Program-made: the position numbers and the translations under genes
Assembly (NCBI GenBank): GCA_049967475.1
Contig: JBMFSQ010000002.1
Coordinates: 224,001-288,000 of the forward strand
DNA: 64,000 bases
DNA from: Chthonomonadales bacterium
GTDB taxonomy: Bacteria > Armatimonadota > Chthonomonadetes > Chthonomonadales > CAJBBX01
Reading direction: 5' to 3'
Shown here: one piece after another, positions 18,329-28,194 of the stretch
Layout of the letters: each line of letters opens with the position of its first letter
Position numbering within the stretch: the first letter of the stretch is position 1
The notes under the pieces: generated by a model
Told to the model about the DNA's origin: nothing
What the model saw: only the letters and a program-made list of their open reading frames with translations
Databases searched by the model: none

Positions 18329-20923
18329 TTGGAATTCCGGAGCCTTCGCCTAACGATCCCCATTGCCTGCTGCGCGGCTGTGTGGCTTGCAGCCTATAGC
18401 AGCGCCTTCGCGCAGGGGGATGGACAGGCCCTATACGACCCCATGCGCCCAGTCATGATGCTGGGCCGGGATCGCGCCACGATCCAGTGGTTCACACGCA
18501 CTCCCTGCGTCACTCGGCTGCAAGTCCGCAGGGGGTTGCTTCCCTGCCGCACCTACGGTGTAGCACAGGATGCGTGGAAGTCCGCAGATGTACAGGTCCT
18601 TGCCGGCTCGCCGGGATTGCACACCTACCACAGGATCACGATTTCGCACCTCGCTCCCGGTACGCGCTATTATTACCGGTGCTATGACCCGGGGGCCGAA
18701 CCGACTACGGTGGAAGAGGCCTGGGGCGCCGAAAGGCCCTGGAGGCGCGAATGGGCATTCAGCACCCTGGCGCCACGAGGCCGAAAGACCATCCTTCGCA
18801 TCCCAGTAAAAGTCCTCCTAATGCCGAACGTGGTCAACGTTGCCTCGGCGCACCTGCCCGGCGGGCGCGTGCAGCCACCTCCTCCCGACCTCACGCTCAA
18901 GGAGATTAGCCGCATACGCGACGAGTATGCAACGGCTGCGCGCTTCCTGTTCATCAACAATGGAATGCGCGTATGGTACGACTTCCATATCTTCGTAGAC
19001 GGCCGCCGCCAGCGATGGGGGCCGGAGCCCGCCAACGTGTCCCCGATCTACAAAGGATGGCCGCTCTGCCGCAGTTACGCCGGAACCGATTTTGCCCCTC
19101 CGGGTGGCGGCGATTTCACCATCGTGGACACGCAGAACCTCCAACGTGCCGGCAAAGAACCCGTGCGGGAGCCCTTCCCGTACGTGGGGCAGATCGAGCA
19201 AGCCTTCCCGCGGAGATGGGATGACGCAAAGAAGCAATGGGTGTTTTACAACAGTGGCGGGGGAACATTGGGGGCGGACGATTGGCCGCGCGGCACACCC
19301 GGCCGGTCGCAGTTCCTAGGCGGCGGCGACACCGCATGGCTGGCGACACACGAATTCCATCACCAAATCGAAGCACTCGGCGCCCTTTCCTTTGGTACCG
19401 ATGAGAACGACCGAGTGATTTTCGATCATTTCTTCCCGCGCCGGCGCCTCCGCAAGCCCGACGGCTCCTACGAGGAATGGACTTGGCAGACGAGCTGGGC
19501 ACATGGGGAACACTGGGACGGTATCAGCTTCTTTGACCGCCTCTTAACCCCCGTACAGTGGCTCCGCTTCCTGTTTGGGGAGACCCTCACCGTGGCCGAC
19601 GCCGACGAAGACGGCGTTCCGGATGACGATCCGCGCCTCCCCTTCGATGAGAAGCGCTTCGGATCAGATCCCCACAAAGCAGCCACGAGCGGCGGCGTAG
19701 GAGATCTGGCCCGCATCCAGCAAAGCACATGGGCGCCGTGCCCCCTAACATCCACGTGGAACAAAGCGCCCTACCCCTTGCGGCGGCCCAATCCCAAAGC
19801 CATGGACACGGACGCCGACGGCCTCCCCGACACCGTAGACCCGTATCCCCTCTACCCGTGGGAACCCTTCATCTGGCCAATGACCGCCACGGTGGACGGT
19901 GATGCCCAAGAGTGGACCCACATTCCATTGGCTGGGACCAATGCTGCCCATGGCGTCACCATTCGCTTCCGGCAAGGCCACGACGACACCGCCTATTACG
20001 CCTGCTTCCAGATGAAGGGGCCCTGGGCGAAGGTGGCAGTTGGGCTCGACGGAGAAGGGCTAGGCTACTACACCACCGACAGCACCTATGCGTTCGACAT
20101 CCTCAACGAGAACGGCCGGGTGGAACTTCATCCCACCAGCGCCAACCATTGCCCTGGGTTGACTTGGAAAGCCCTAACGGATGGCGCAGGCGAAACCACG
20201 GTCGAAGTCGCCATACCCAACCGCGGAGAAGGGCTCTGGTTCTGGACTGGCGGCGGAAGGCCTGTAGGAGCCGCCATAAGCCTCTGGACAACTTCCGGCG
20301 CGCCGCTCTCCATCTACGATCCATACCATTTCTTCTACGCTCGCATGCTCCAGCGCTTCGGCAGGGCAGAACTGCCCCCGGATGCCCCGGCAGAACTTCA
20401 GCCGGGACCAGGAGTTGCATCCTACGACTTCACGGCGGGTCCCCCACCCAAACCATGGCGCTTCGTAGCTGCAGCGTGGACCTGGCGGGACGCAGCGATG
20501 CGCTTTTCGGCAGATACTGCCGACACCTCTCTTGCGCTGCAGGTGCCGCCCACCCGCGACTTCGACCTGTGGGCCGAAGCGCAGGCTCTGAACGATCTTC
20601 ATTTAGGGGCGTGGCCCCAAACCGTGCCGGTACCGGACAATATGAACGGATATGTGTCCTTTGTGGGCGGCTTCGGGAACGCACGGTCCATGATACGCGT
20701 CGGTTCATCCGACGTGGCTGCCGAAGACGTAGGGCTTCGCCCAGGGAAGCATACCGTTCAATTGACGCGGAGGCGAGGGCAACTGTGGCTGCTGTACGAC
20801 GGCAGGCCCCTATTGTTTGCCCGTGACCCCAACCCTTCTACCCTTGTAACGCGCATAGGTTTTCTTGGAGGATGGGGTGGGGCCCAGGCCATCTACCGCG
20901 TTCGCGTCCGTCTGGGTGATTAG
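18329..20923 (+). CDS. Secreted multidomain protein: FN3/PAP-N-like domain, HExxH metallopeptidase-like region, DxDxDG Ca-binding repeats, beta-sandwich C-terminus
   Basis: TTG start after AGGAGGA; signal peptide; HRITISHLAPGTRYYYR; ATHEFHHQIE; DADEDGVPDDD and DTDADGLPD; ATVDGDAQEW (CBM9/DOMON-like start). Confidence 0.75.
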   Translation: MEFRSLRLTIPIACCAAVWLAAYSSAFAQGDGQALYDPMRPVMMLGRDRATIQWFTRTPCVTRLQVRRGLLPCRTYGVAQDAWKSADVQVLAGSPGLHTYHRITISHLAPGTRYYYRCYDPGAEPTTVEEAWGAERPWRREWAFSTLAPRGRKTILRIPVKVLLMPNVVNVASAHLPGGRVQPPPPDLTLKEISRIRDEYATAARFLFINNGMRVWYDFHIFVDGRRQRWGPEPANVSPIYKGWPLCRSYAGTDFAPPGGGDFTIVDTQNLQRAGKEPVREPFPYVGQIEQAFPRRWDDAKKQWVFYNSGGGTLGADDWPRGTPGRSQFLGGGDTAWLATHEFHHQIEALGALSFGTDENDRVIFDHFFPRRRLRKPDGSYEEWTWQTSWAHGEHWDGISFFDRLLTPVQWLRFLFGETLTVADADEDGVPDDDPRLPFDEKRFGSDPHKAATSGGVGDLARIQQSTWAPCPLTSTWNKAPYPLRRPNPKAMDTDADGLPDTVDPYPLYPWEPFIWPMTATVDGDAQEWTHIPLAGTNAAHGVTIRFRQGHDDTAYYACFQMKGPWAKVAVGLDGEGLGYYTTDSTYAFDILNENGRVELHPTSANHCPGLTWKALTDGAGETTVEVAIPNRGEGLWFWTGGGRPVGAAISLWTTSGAPLSIYDPYHFFYARMLQRFGRAELPPDAPAELQPGPGVASYDFTAGPPPKPWRFVAAAWTWRDAAMRFSADTADTSLALQVPPTRDFDLWAEAQALNDLHLGAWPQTVPVPDNMNGYVSFVGGFGNARSMIRVGSSDVAAEDVGLRPGKHTVQLTRRRGQLWLLYDGRPLLFARDPNPSTLVTRIGFLGGWGGAQAIYRVRVRLGD

Positions 20924-20942
20924 GCTCTCGAGTACAATCCCC

Positions 20943-21779
20943 ATGGGAAAGGAATGGGACTTGGATCTGCTGATTTGCGGTACGAGCGCAGCCGAGGCAT
21001 GGCCCGCAATCTTCTGCACCTGTGAGGCGTGCACACGAGCCCGCCGGCAGGGCGGAAAGAACAGGCGGACCCGGGCGGCCTATATGCTCGGCGACCGTGT
21101 CCGAGTGGATTTCGGACCGGACACGAATTGCCATCAGCTCCACTATAATCTCGACCTGGGCGCCCTGGAGCACATCCTCGTTACCCACAGCCATGATGAC
21201 CACTGGTCGCCCATGGACCTAAACTACCGAAGTCCGGGCTTCTCCGACGTGCCGGACCACCTCCTCACCGTATGGGGCAATGAGGCCGTGGAGCGCTCGC
21301 TCTCCGAAGCGTGTGGCACCGATCTCGCCAGGCTCCGCCTCAAGTTCCATCGCATTGAAGCCTTTCGGGAAGCAGATTTGGGGAATGGCGCTGTGGCGAT
21401 ACCCGTGCCTGCGGCCCATGACCCCAAGGAGCTGTGCGTGAACTACCGCCTCCATGTGGGAGGCCGCACCCTCCTCCTGGGTCATGACACCGGATGGTAT
21501 CCCGAGGACACCTGGGCTTTCCTCGGCGGTGTACCCCTCCACGTGGTAATCCTGGACTGCACCTACGGCCCCGTGGAAAGTTGCGAAGGGCATATGGGCT
21601 GTTCCTATGTGGTGCGTGCCCGGGACGAACTCGCCCGCCGCGGCGCCCTTGCCCCCGATGCCCGTGTAATCGCAACGCATTTCAGCCACAACGGAGGCTG
21701 GCTGCACGAAGACTTGGAGGATTACTTCGCGCCGCACGGCATCGAGGTCGCCTACGATGGCATGCGCATCCCCCTTTAG
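20943..21779 (+). CDS. Metallo-beta-lactamase-fold hydrolase, PhnP-like
   Basis: GTSAAE..PAIFCTCEAC, THSHDDH, GHDTG, LDCT, HMG and THFSH. Confidence 0.9.
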   Translation: MGKEWDLDLLICGTSAAEAWPAIFCTCEACTRARRQGGKNRRTRAAYMLGDRVRVDFGPDTNCHQLHYNLDLGALEHILVTHSHDDHWSPMDLNYRSPGFSDVPDHLLTVWGNEAVERSLSEACGTDLARLRLKFHRIEAFREADLGNGAVAIPVPAAHDPKELCVNYRLHVGGRTLLLGHDTGWYPEDTWAFLGGVPLHVVILDCTYGPVESCEGHMGCSYVVRARDELARRGALAPDARVIATHFSHNGGWLHEDLEDYFAPHGIEVAYDGMRIPL

Positions 21780-24126
21780 GCGTCCATTCGCAACGAGGCG
21801 TTGCGCGTCCTGTTTGCGGCCCAACGGTCCCTCCGGGATTGCCTTTTGGGTTTGCCTTGTCGTCGCTTTGGTGACGGCCGGATGCTCCCATCACCACCCA
21901 TCGGCACGCCTGAGGCCGAACGCTCCTGCGGTGCCCGCGTACGATGCGCCCGGCATCCCCATGGCTCGCCGCCTGGAATTCATCGCGGAAGCCATCAATC
22001 CCAACGACGTCCTCAACGAGAACCGCAAGAAGGCCGCCATCCTCAAAACCCAGGTGGAAGCCGAGCAGGATCCCGAATTGAAACGCATGCTCCTTCCCCA
22101 ATATGCCCGCCAGCTTCTGTTGGCTGGGGAAACGGATGAAGCGATTAAAGTCTACGAAGACCTTCTGGCTCCCGCGAAGCACCACCCGGAACTTTATGCA
22201 CCGGGCACTTTGGAAGACCTGGAGATGGATTTGGCTCTCGCCTACCTCCGCCTGGGGGAGCAGCAGAACTGCCTTGGGAGCCACACGGCGGAATCGTGCA
22301 TCCTGCCGATTAGGGGAGGCGGTGTGCACAAGTTCCCCAAGGGATCGCGCAACGCCATCCGCATCCTAACGGAGATCCTTCGGCACGATCGGAGCAATTT
22401 CTCCGCAGGCTGGCTCCTCAATCTGGCCTACATGACGCTGGGAGAATATCCCGACCGGGTCCCCGTGCAGTGGCGCATCCCTCCACGCGTCTTCAGGTCC
22501 GACGGCAGCGTCGGCCATTTCCCCAACATCGCGCAAGAGGTGGGGCTTGATCTTCAGCAGCTCTCGGGCGGAACGATCCTCGAGGATTTCGACAATGACG
22601 GGTATCTCGACGTTATGATCTCGTCCATCGGCGTGAGAGACCAGCTTCGCTTGTTCCACAACAACGGCGACGGCACCTTCACCGACCGCACGAAGGAAGC
22701 CGGGTTGGCGGGTGAAACAGGCGGCCTCAACATCATGCAAACAGATTACGACAACGACGGCTTTGCCGATGTCCTCATCCTCAGGGGCGCCTGGTTCGGC
22801 AAAGGCGGTCACTGGCCTCTCTCCCTCCTGCACAACAATGGGAACGGCACCTTTACCGATGTCACCGAACAGGCCGGCCTCCTGCGCTTTCATCCTACAC
22901 AGGCCGCCGTGTGGCTCGATTACAATGGAGATGGCTGGCTGGATCTGTTCGTGGGTGATGAAACGCGCCCCGACGATGAGAACCCGTGCGAGCTCTTCCG
23001 CAATAATGGAGACGGAACCTTTACCAATGTGGCACACCAATGCGGTGTGGATGTGAAGGGCTTCGTGAAGGGGGTAGCCAGCGCAGACTACAACAACGAC
23101 GGACGGCCGGACCTCTTTATCTCGATCCAGGGGCATAGGAACGTACTCTTCCGCAACGATGGACCGGCGGACCCAGCCCAGGGAGCCCGTTCTCCATGGA
23201 AGTTCACCGATGTGACCACAGAGGCCGGCGTTGCCAAACCCATCAACAGCTTCTCATGCTTCTTCTTCGACTACGACAACGACGGGTGGCCCGATCTCTT
23301 CGTGAGCGGCTACAGCTTCAACAATGCCGACATCGGCCAAATCGCCAAGGATTACCTTGGCCTCCCATCCGGAAACAACGACTATCCGGCACTCTATCAC
23401 AACGACCGCCACGGCCACTTCATAGACGTTACCCGCCAGACACACGTGCACAAATTGCTGTTCGGCATGGGCATCAACTTCGGCGATCTGGATAATGACG
23501 GGTGGCTGGATTTCTACGTGGGGACAGGCACTCCGGACCTCGCCTTCCTTATGCCCAACAAGATGTTCCGAAATTACCTTGGCAAGTTCTTCCAGGACGT
23601 TACAACCTCCGGAGGCTTCGGCCATCTTCAGAAGGGCCACGGCATCTCCTTTGGAGACCTACGCAACAATGGCCAGCAAGACGTCTTCGAGAGTATGGGC
23701 GGCATCTATGACGGCGACACAGCCTATTCGGTTCTCTATCGCAATCCCGGTCACGGCAACCACTGGATCACTCTAAAGCTTGAGGGTACCCGCACCAACC
23801 GGGCCGCCATCGGCGCGCGCATCAAGGTAACCGTAGAACGGCCGGGCGGCGCGCGTGTCGTCTACAAGACGGTGGGCACGGGCGGCAGCTTCGGGGCCAA
23901 TCCTTTGCGCCAGGAGATCGGGCTGGGGGACGCTACAGCCATCCGCACAGTCGAAGTATTCTGGCCGGTCCCCGGCGAAACCCAGGTCCTCACGGGTCTG
24001 CGGATGGATCGCTTCTACTGCATCCGACAGGGTACAACGCAGGCCGTTCCATGGCTCCTTCACTCCTTTGAGTACAAGCCCCAAAAGCACCACGAGCATC
24101 ATCCCGGCATGTCCATGCCCATGTAG
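21757..24126 (+). CDS. CRTAC1-family protein (TPR-like N-terminus, FG-GAP/VCBS repeats, ASPIC/UnbV C-terminus); start uncertain
   Basis: Repeated D-[FY]-[DN]-x-DG-x-x-D and NNGDGTFTD motifs; C-terminal NRAAIGARIKV..EIGLG..VEVFWP. Possible lipobox VTAG-C. Confidence 0.92.
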   Translation: MACASPFRRPFATRRCASCLRPNGPSGIAFWVCLVVALVTAGCSHHHPSARLRPNAPAVPAYDAPGIPMARRLEFIAEAINPNDVLNENRKKAAILKTQVEAEQDPELKRMLLPQYARQLLLAGETDEAIKVYEDLLAPAKHHPELYAPGTLEDLEMDLALAYLRLGEQQNCLGSHTAESCILPIRGGGVHKFPKGSRNAIRILTEILRHDRSNFSAGWLLNLAYMTLGEYPDRVPVQWRIPPRVFRSDGSVGHFPNIAQEVGLDLQQLSGGTILEDFDNDGYLDVMISSIGVRDQLRLFHNNGDGTFTDRTKEAGLAGETGGLNIMQTDYDNDGFADVLILRGAWFGKGGHWPLSLLHNNGNGTFTDVTEQAGLLRFHPTQAAVWLDYNGDGWLDLFVGDETRPDDENPCELFRNNGDGTFTNVAHQCGVDVKGFVKGVASADYNNDGRPDLFISIQGHRNVLFRNDGPADPAQGARSPWKFTDVTTEAGVAKPINSFSCFFFDYDNDGWPDLFVSGYSFNNADIGQIAKDYLGLPSGNNDYPALYHNDRHGHFIDVTRQTHVHKLLFGMGINFGDLDNDGWLDFYVGTGTPDLAFLMPNKMFRNYLGKFFQDVTTSGGFGHLQKGHGISFGDLRNNGQQDVFESMGGIYDGDTAYSVLYRNPGHGNHWITLKLEGTRTNRAAIGARIKVTVERPGGARVVYKTVGTGGSFGANPLRQEIGLGDATAIRTVEVFWPVPGETQVLTGLRMDRFYCIRQGTTQAVPWLLHSFEYKPQKHHEHHPGMSMPM

Positions 24127-26475
24127 GTGCACGCGATGAACGCCAACATGTACAGGAAGACATTCGCTCTACTTCTGATCACCGGATGCGCGATCCTAGC
24201 GATGCCCGGTGCGGCCGGCATGGATCAGGAAATCGCGCCTCGGGCGCGCTTTACCTTCGTCATTCCGGCGGCAGGCGTCACCAGCGCCGCCATTTACCGT
24301 CCTGACGGATCCCTCGTGCGGGTGCTTTGGGCCCTGAAGCATCCGGCCTCGGGCCGCCACACTGCCGCATGGGACGGAAAGGACGAGCGCGGCGAGATTG
24401 CTCCGCCCGGATTGTACCGGTGGCGCGTCCTTGTGAACCAGGGAGCATACGTCAATGTAGGAGCCATCGGAAACAGCGGCGTTCCGCACAATGCAGCGGG
24501 ACACATCCCGGTCAACATGGAGAGCATCGCCGTAGATGATGAGGGGTGCGTCTACACGGCTAATGGGTGGGATGAAGCGGGAGCCGATTTCAAGAAGTGG
24601 GATGCCTCGGGCCGCTCCCTCTACGACGCCCATTACCAAATCCGCAACGGCAAACCCAACGGCGCCCCCTACGCTATCGCTGTGGACGACCGGTATCTTT
24701 ACTGCTCGGTGGGAGGATGGGCTTCTACACCCTGGAACAGCCGGCAGCAAATCCAGCGCTTCCGCAGATCGGACGGCGTCGAGGCGCCCTTCACCGGAAC
24801 GGGACTTGTAGACGGGCACATCCAGGTTTGGGAGTGGCCGGAGCATCACATCCCAGCCGGCACCGGCGAGGCGGACACCAATCTGCTGCGCCATCCGCTC
24901 CGTTCACTGGCCGTGTCCGGCAACGATCTGCTGGTGGCGGATGCTCTAGGCGGGCGCGTCCTCCGCTTCGAAAAGGACACGGGCATGCAGGTTGGGGCCT
25001 TTTCCGTGCCGCTACCGCTCGCCCTGACCGTACGGCGTGACGGCACCATTTGGGTGGCCCACGAGCATCGTCGGATTTCGGTCTATTCCCCGGCCGGCTC
25101 ATTCCTCAAGGAGCCGTTTACGAACCTCGGAGATGTGCAGGCGGTGAACTTCGACGCTTCAGGGCGCCTCCTCGTGGCCGATGCAGGAGCAGGGCAGGTA
25201 AAGATCTTTGACGTCAATGGCCCCGAACCCCGCCTGGTGGGAACCCTGGGCCGCAAGGCACACCCCGGTGACCGCGATCCGGCTGCCTTCTACCATCTGC
25301 GGGGCGTTGCCGCCGGGCCCAAGGGCGAGATCTTTACCATCCAGACCGAACCCTTATGCGGAGCACGCTTGGCCAAATGGTCGTCCAATCTTCGCCTCGT
25401 GTGGGAGCAATTCGGAGAGGAGTTTGTGTCCCTGGGAAACTACGGAAGGGAGGATCCGAGCCTCTTTATCTCCATGACGCTTCATCGGTACCGCCTTGGA
25501 AGGCACTCGGCCGGCGATTGGACTTATACGGGAAGCATCGCACCCGAGGGCAACCGCCACACCTCCGATGTTCACGGTGTTCCGCGCATCCTGCACATCG
25601 GCAAAGGAACCTTCGTCTTTATGCCTACAGGCGACGGAGTGCAGATCTACCGCTACGCAAAGGGCATTCTGCACCTCAGCAGCATCGTGGGCGGCCGGGA
25701 TCCCGCACCCGACGGATCGCGCAACGGCCCACCCGCTCAGTGGACCTGGAGCGATCGGCGCGGCATCGGGGATCTTCAAATGCGCGACGTGGAATGGTTT
25801 CGCACTCCCGGACGTGGAACCTATGCCGTATTCGGAATGGATGTGGACCACCGCGGGACGATCTGGTTCGCGAACCTGGCCACTCACTCCATTTGGGCTT
25901 TGCCTATGGACGGATTGGACCGCCGGGGCAATCCGGTTTACCATTGGGCCCACGCTCGGGAGATCATTGCCAGGGACACGTCTTCGCTTCGCTTCGACCC
26001 TACTATGGTACAGCACGCAGCCGACGGGTCGCTGTATGCATTCGGATGGAGCGCTCCCTGGCCAGCACCTGCCAATAACCCCTTCTGGATGGGAGGCACC
26101 ACTCTGGCGCACTTCGGGCCCGATCGGCGATTGCGTTGGGCTCTTCCCCTACCCGAAGTCTGCGTGGGGCTCGACGCCGTTCCAGGCGGAGGATGCATGG
26201 CAGGCGGCGGCCGCAGCGCTCATATCTACCACTACACCCCAGACGGCCTCCTGGCAGGTATTCTGGCACCGGGCAAGGCCATGGGCGGCGAAAGCGGTTG
26301 GATGGATAACCATGCTTCCGTTGCCGTAAACAGAGATCCTCGCGATGGTGTCCTGGACGTCTTTGCCGAAGATGATTATGATTTGCGCATCGGCTGGTAT
26401 CGAGTGGACGACCGGCATATGCGGCGGATGGAGGGAAGCATCGTCCTTCCACCTCCCTCAGGAGTTACCCCATGA
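24127..26475 (+). CDS. Secreted FlgD-Ig plus NHL/beta-propeller protein; start may be ATG 24136 or 24148
   Basis: Signal peptide; FlgD-like IYRPDGSLVRVL..WDGKDERGEIAPPGLY; NHL-like repeats (AVSGNDLLVAD..RV, DASGRLLVAD..QVKIF). Confidence 0.82.
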   Translation: MHAMNANMYRKTFALLLITGCAILAMPGAAGMDQEIAPRARFTFVIPAAGVTSAAIYRPDGSLVRVLWALKHPASGRHTAAWDGKDERGEIAPPGLYRWRVLVNQGAYVNVGAIGNSGVPHNAAGHIPVNMESIAVDDEGCVYTANGWDEAGADFKKWDASGRSLYDAHYQIRNGKPNGAPYAIAVDDRYLYCSVGGWASTPWNSRQQIQRFRRSDGVEAPFTGTGLVDGHIQVWEWPEHHIPAGTGEADTNLLRHPLRSLAVSGNDLLVADALGGRVLRFEKDTGMQVGAFSVPLPLALTVRRDGTIWVAHEHRRISVYSPAGSFLKEPFTNLGDVQAVNFDASGRLLVADAGAGQVKIFDVNGPEPRLVGTLGRKAHPGDRDPAAFYHLRGVAAGPKGEIFTIQTEPLCGARLAKWSSNLRLVWEQFGEEFVSLGNYGREDPSLFISMTLHRYRLGRHSAGDWTYTGSIAPEGNRHTSDVHGVPRILHIGKGTFVFMPTGDGVQIYRYAKGILHLSSIVGGRDPAPDGSRNGPPAQWTWSDRRGIGDLQMRDVEWFRTPGRGTYAVFGMDVDHRGTIWFANLATHSIWALPMDGLDRRGNPVYHWAHAREIIARDTSSLRFDPTMVQHAADGSLYAFGWSAPWPAPANNPFWMGGTTLAHFGPDRRLRWALPLPEVCVGLDAVPGGGCMAGGGRSAHIYHYTPDGLLAGILAPGKAMGGESGWMDNHASVAVNRDPRDGVLDVFAEDDYDLRIGWYRVDDRHMRRMEGSIVLPPPSGVTP

Positions 26476-27554
26476 CCGAACGCGACCGCTTTCATGCCTG
26501 TATGGATTACCGGCCCGTGGATGTAACTCCCCACTGGACTTGGGGAGGGTGGCCAGAAACCATCGAGCGGTGGAAAGCCGAAGGATATGACCCCCACACG
26601 ATGGACATCGCCGAGCATGCAAGCCCGGTCCAGTGGGCAGGAAGCTGGTTCTTCCCGCATCCTCCCTTCGAACACACCGTTGTGGAGGAAGATGAGGAAC
26701 ACGTCCTCTACATCAACCACGAAGGGATCCTGATGCGCGAACTGAAGAACCGGCCGCTCTCCTCTATGCCTCAGTTTGTGCGCTTCCCTGTAGAGACGCG
26801 CGAAGACTTCAGAAGCTTCTGGAGATCGCGCATGCAGCCGAATCTCGAAGCGCGGATAGGCCCCAAGTGGCGCCAAGAGATACAGGCCCGCGCAGCCACT
26901 GACGCACCCTTCATTGTGATCTCGGATCGGTGGGGAGGCTTCTTCGGGCCGCTGCGCAATCTGGTGGGGGTAGAGCGCCTGTGCACCTTGTTCTACGATG
27001 ACCCAGCCTTTGTGGAAGAGATGATGGACGCGGATGCGGACTTCATCATTGCCATGATGGAGCGCATCCTGGATGTTGCACCGGTGGACGCCTTTGCCTT
27101 CTGGGAGGATATGGCTTACAAGACAGGGCCGCTCCTCACGCCGCGCCTGGCTCGCAAGTACATGCTGCCGCGGTACCGGCGCGTCTCCGAGTTTCTGGCG
27201 GGCCGCGGCGTCCGCTGGATAGGGCTCGATAGCGACGGCAATATCGAAGCCCTTATCCCCATATGGCTGGATGCCGGCCTCAATTTCCTGTACCCATTCG
27301 AAGTTCAGGCAGGAATGGATGTGGTGTCCGTGAGGCGCCGGTACGGCCGGGATTTGCGCATGTGGGGTGGTATAGACAAGAGGGCCGTGGCGGCCGGGAC
27401 TGCCGCCATCGAAGCCGAATTGCAGCGTGTGCGGCCCCTCATCGAAGAAGGAGGTTATATCCCGATGCTGGATCATTCATGCCCGCCCGACATCTCATGG
27501 CAGAACTACACGTACTATATGCGCCGCTTGGCCGAAATATGCCGCCATTCGTGA
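26472..27554 (+). CDS. Uroporphyrinogen decarboxylase (URO-D/MtaA)-superfamily protein, probably not HemE
   Basis: MTERDRF, GVERLCTLFYDDP, WEDMAYKTGPLL, DSDGN, WGGIDK, GGYIPMLDHS. ATGA overlap with the upstream gene. Confidence 0.88.
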   Translation: MTERDRFHACMDYRPVDVTPHWTWGGWPETIERWKAEGYDPHTMDIAEHASPVQWAGSWFFPHPPFEHTVVEEDEEHVLYINHEGILMRELKNRPLSSMPQFVRFPVETREDFRSFWRSRMQPNLEARIGPKWRQEIQARAATDAPFIVISDRWGGFFGPLRNLVGVERLCTLFYDDPAFVEEMMDADADFIIAMMERILDVAPVDAFAFWEDMAYKTGPLLTPRLARKYMLPRYRRVSEFLAGRGVRWIGLDSDGNIEALIPIWLDAGLNFLYPFEVQAGMDVVSVRRRYGRDLRMWGGIDKRAVAAGTAAIEAELQRVRPLIEEGGYIPMLDHSCPPDISWQNYTYYMRRLAEICRHS

Positions 27555-27622
27555 TCCGCTCCGCTCCTCTCTGAAGGAACCTCCTTCTTTGCCGGCGAAG
27601 CATAGCTTGGGAGCACGAGGCC

Positions 27623-27859
27623 ATGTCAAAACGCGATGCGGACGATCCGGAACAGCTCTACAGAAAATACCAGGCGCATGTGATCGGCTGCCCCGTTTGC
27701 TCCATAGCCGTCGCCCGTAACCTATGGATGGAAGGCCTCGAGATCGAAGGGCTTTGCGCAGAAGGCCGCATCATGTGGACCCGGTGGGAGGCAGCCGAGC
27801 GAGCATGGTTCCTGGAGATGCTGGGTCCTCCCAACAGCGGCCGATCACTCTGGCAGTAG
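27623..27859 (+). CDS. Small hypothetical protein with H-x3-C-x2-C...C motif
   Basis: 78 aa; GGAG/GAGG upstream; HVIGCPVC..LCAEG. Fills the gap between the UroD-like gene and a convergent gene. Confidence 0.6.
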   Translation: MSKRDADDPEQLYRKYQAHVIGCPVCSIAVARNLWMEGLEIEGLCAEGRIMWTRWEAAERAWFLEMLGPPNSGRSLWQ

Positions 27860-27872
27860 AAATATGGAGATC

Positions 27873-28112
27873 TTATGGGCGCCGCTCCGTCGCGAGCACG
27901 CCGCCTGCGATCGAGGATAGGGCAAGAACCTCCAGGAGGATGCGCTCCAGGTCCACGCTTACAGAGCCCTCAGGCGGCATCCAGATTGGAGCATATCCTC
28001 CGCAATAAGACCTTCCGTACGTGCCCATCCCGGTTTTCCACGGCGGCACCATCAGCACCACCACGGCACCCGCAATTGCAACCCATATCGTCCACATCCG
28101 GCGCGCATTCAT
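27873..28112 (-). CDS. Small membrane protein (79 aa, two hydrophobic segments)
   Basis: GGAGGAGAG RBS before ATG 28112; MNARRMWTIWVAIAGAVVVLMVPPW..GYAPIWMPP..VDLERILLEVLAL. Confidence 0.72.
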   Translation of the reverse strand: MNARRMWTIWVAIAGAVVVLMVPPWKTGMGTYGRSYCGGYAPIWMPPEGSVSVDLERILLEVLALSSIAGGVLATERRP

Positions 28113-28194
28113 AGGCTCTCCTCCACTGCAACCTATCCCTAGTATAAGTCGCTGGAACACTGCCTGAACCGGAAAGCCGTATTTGTGCGCCTGA

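Noticed and set aside
26472..27554. Calling the UroD-like gene hemE
   Set aside because: It lacks the HemE N-terminal WxMRQAGR motif and sits in a sugar locus; only superfamily membership is supported.
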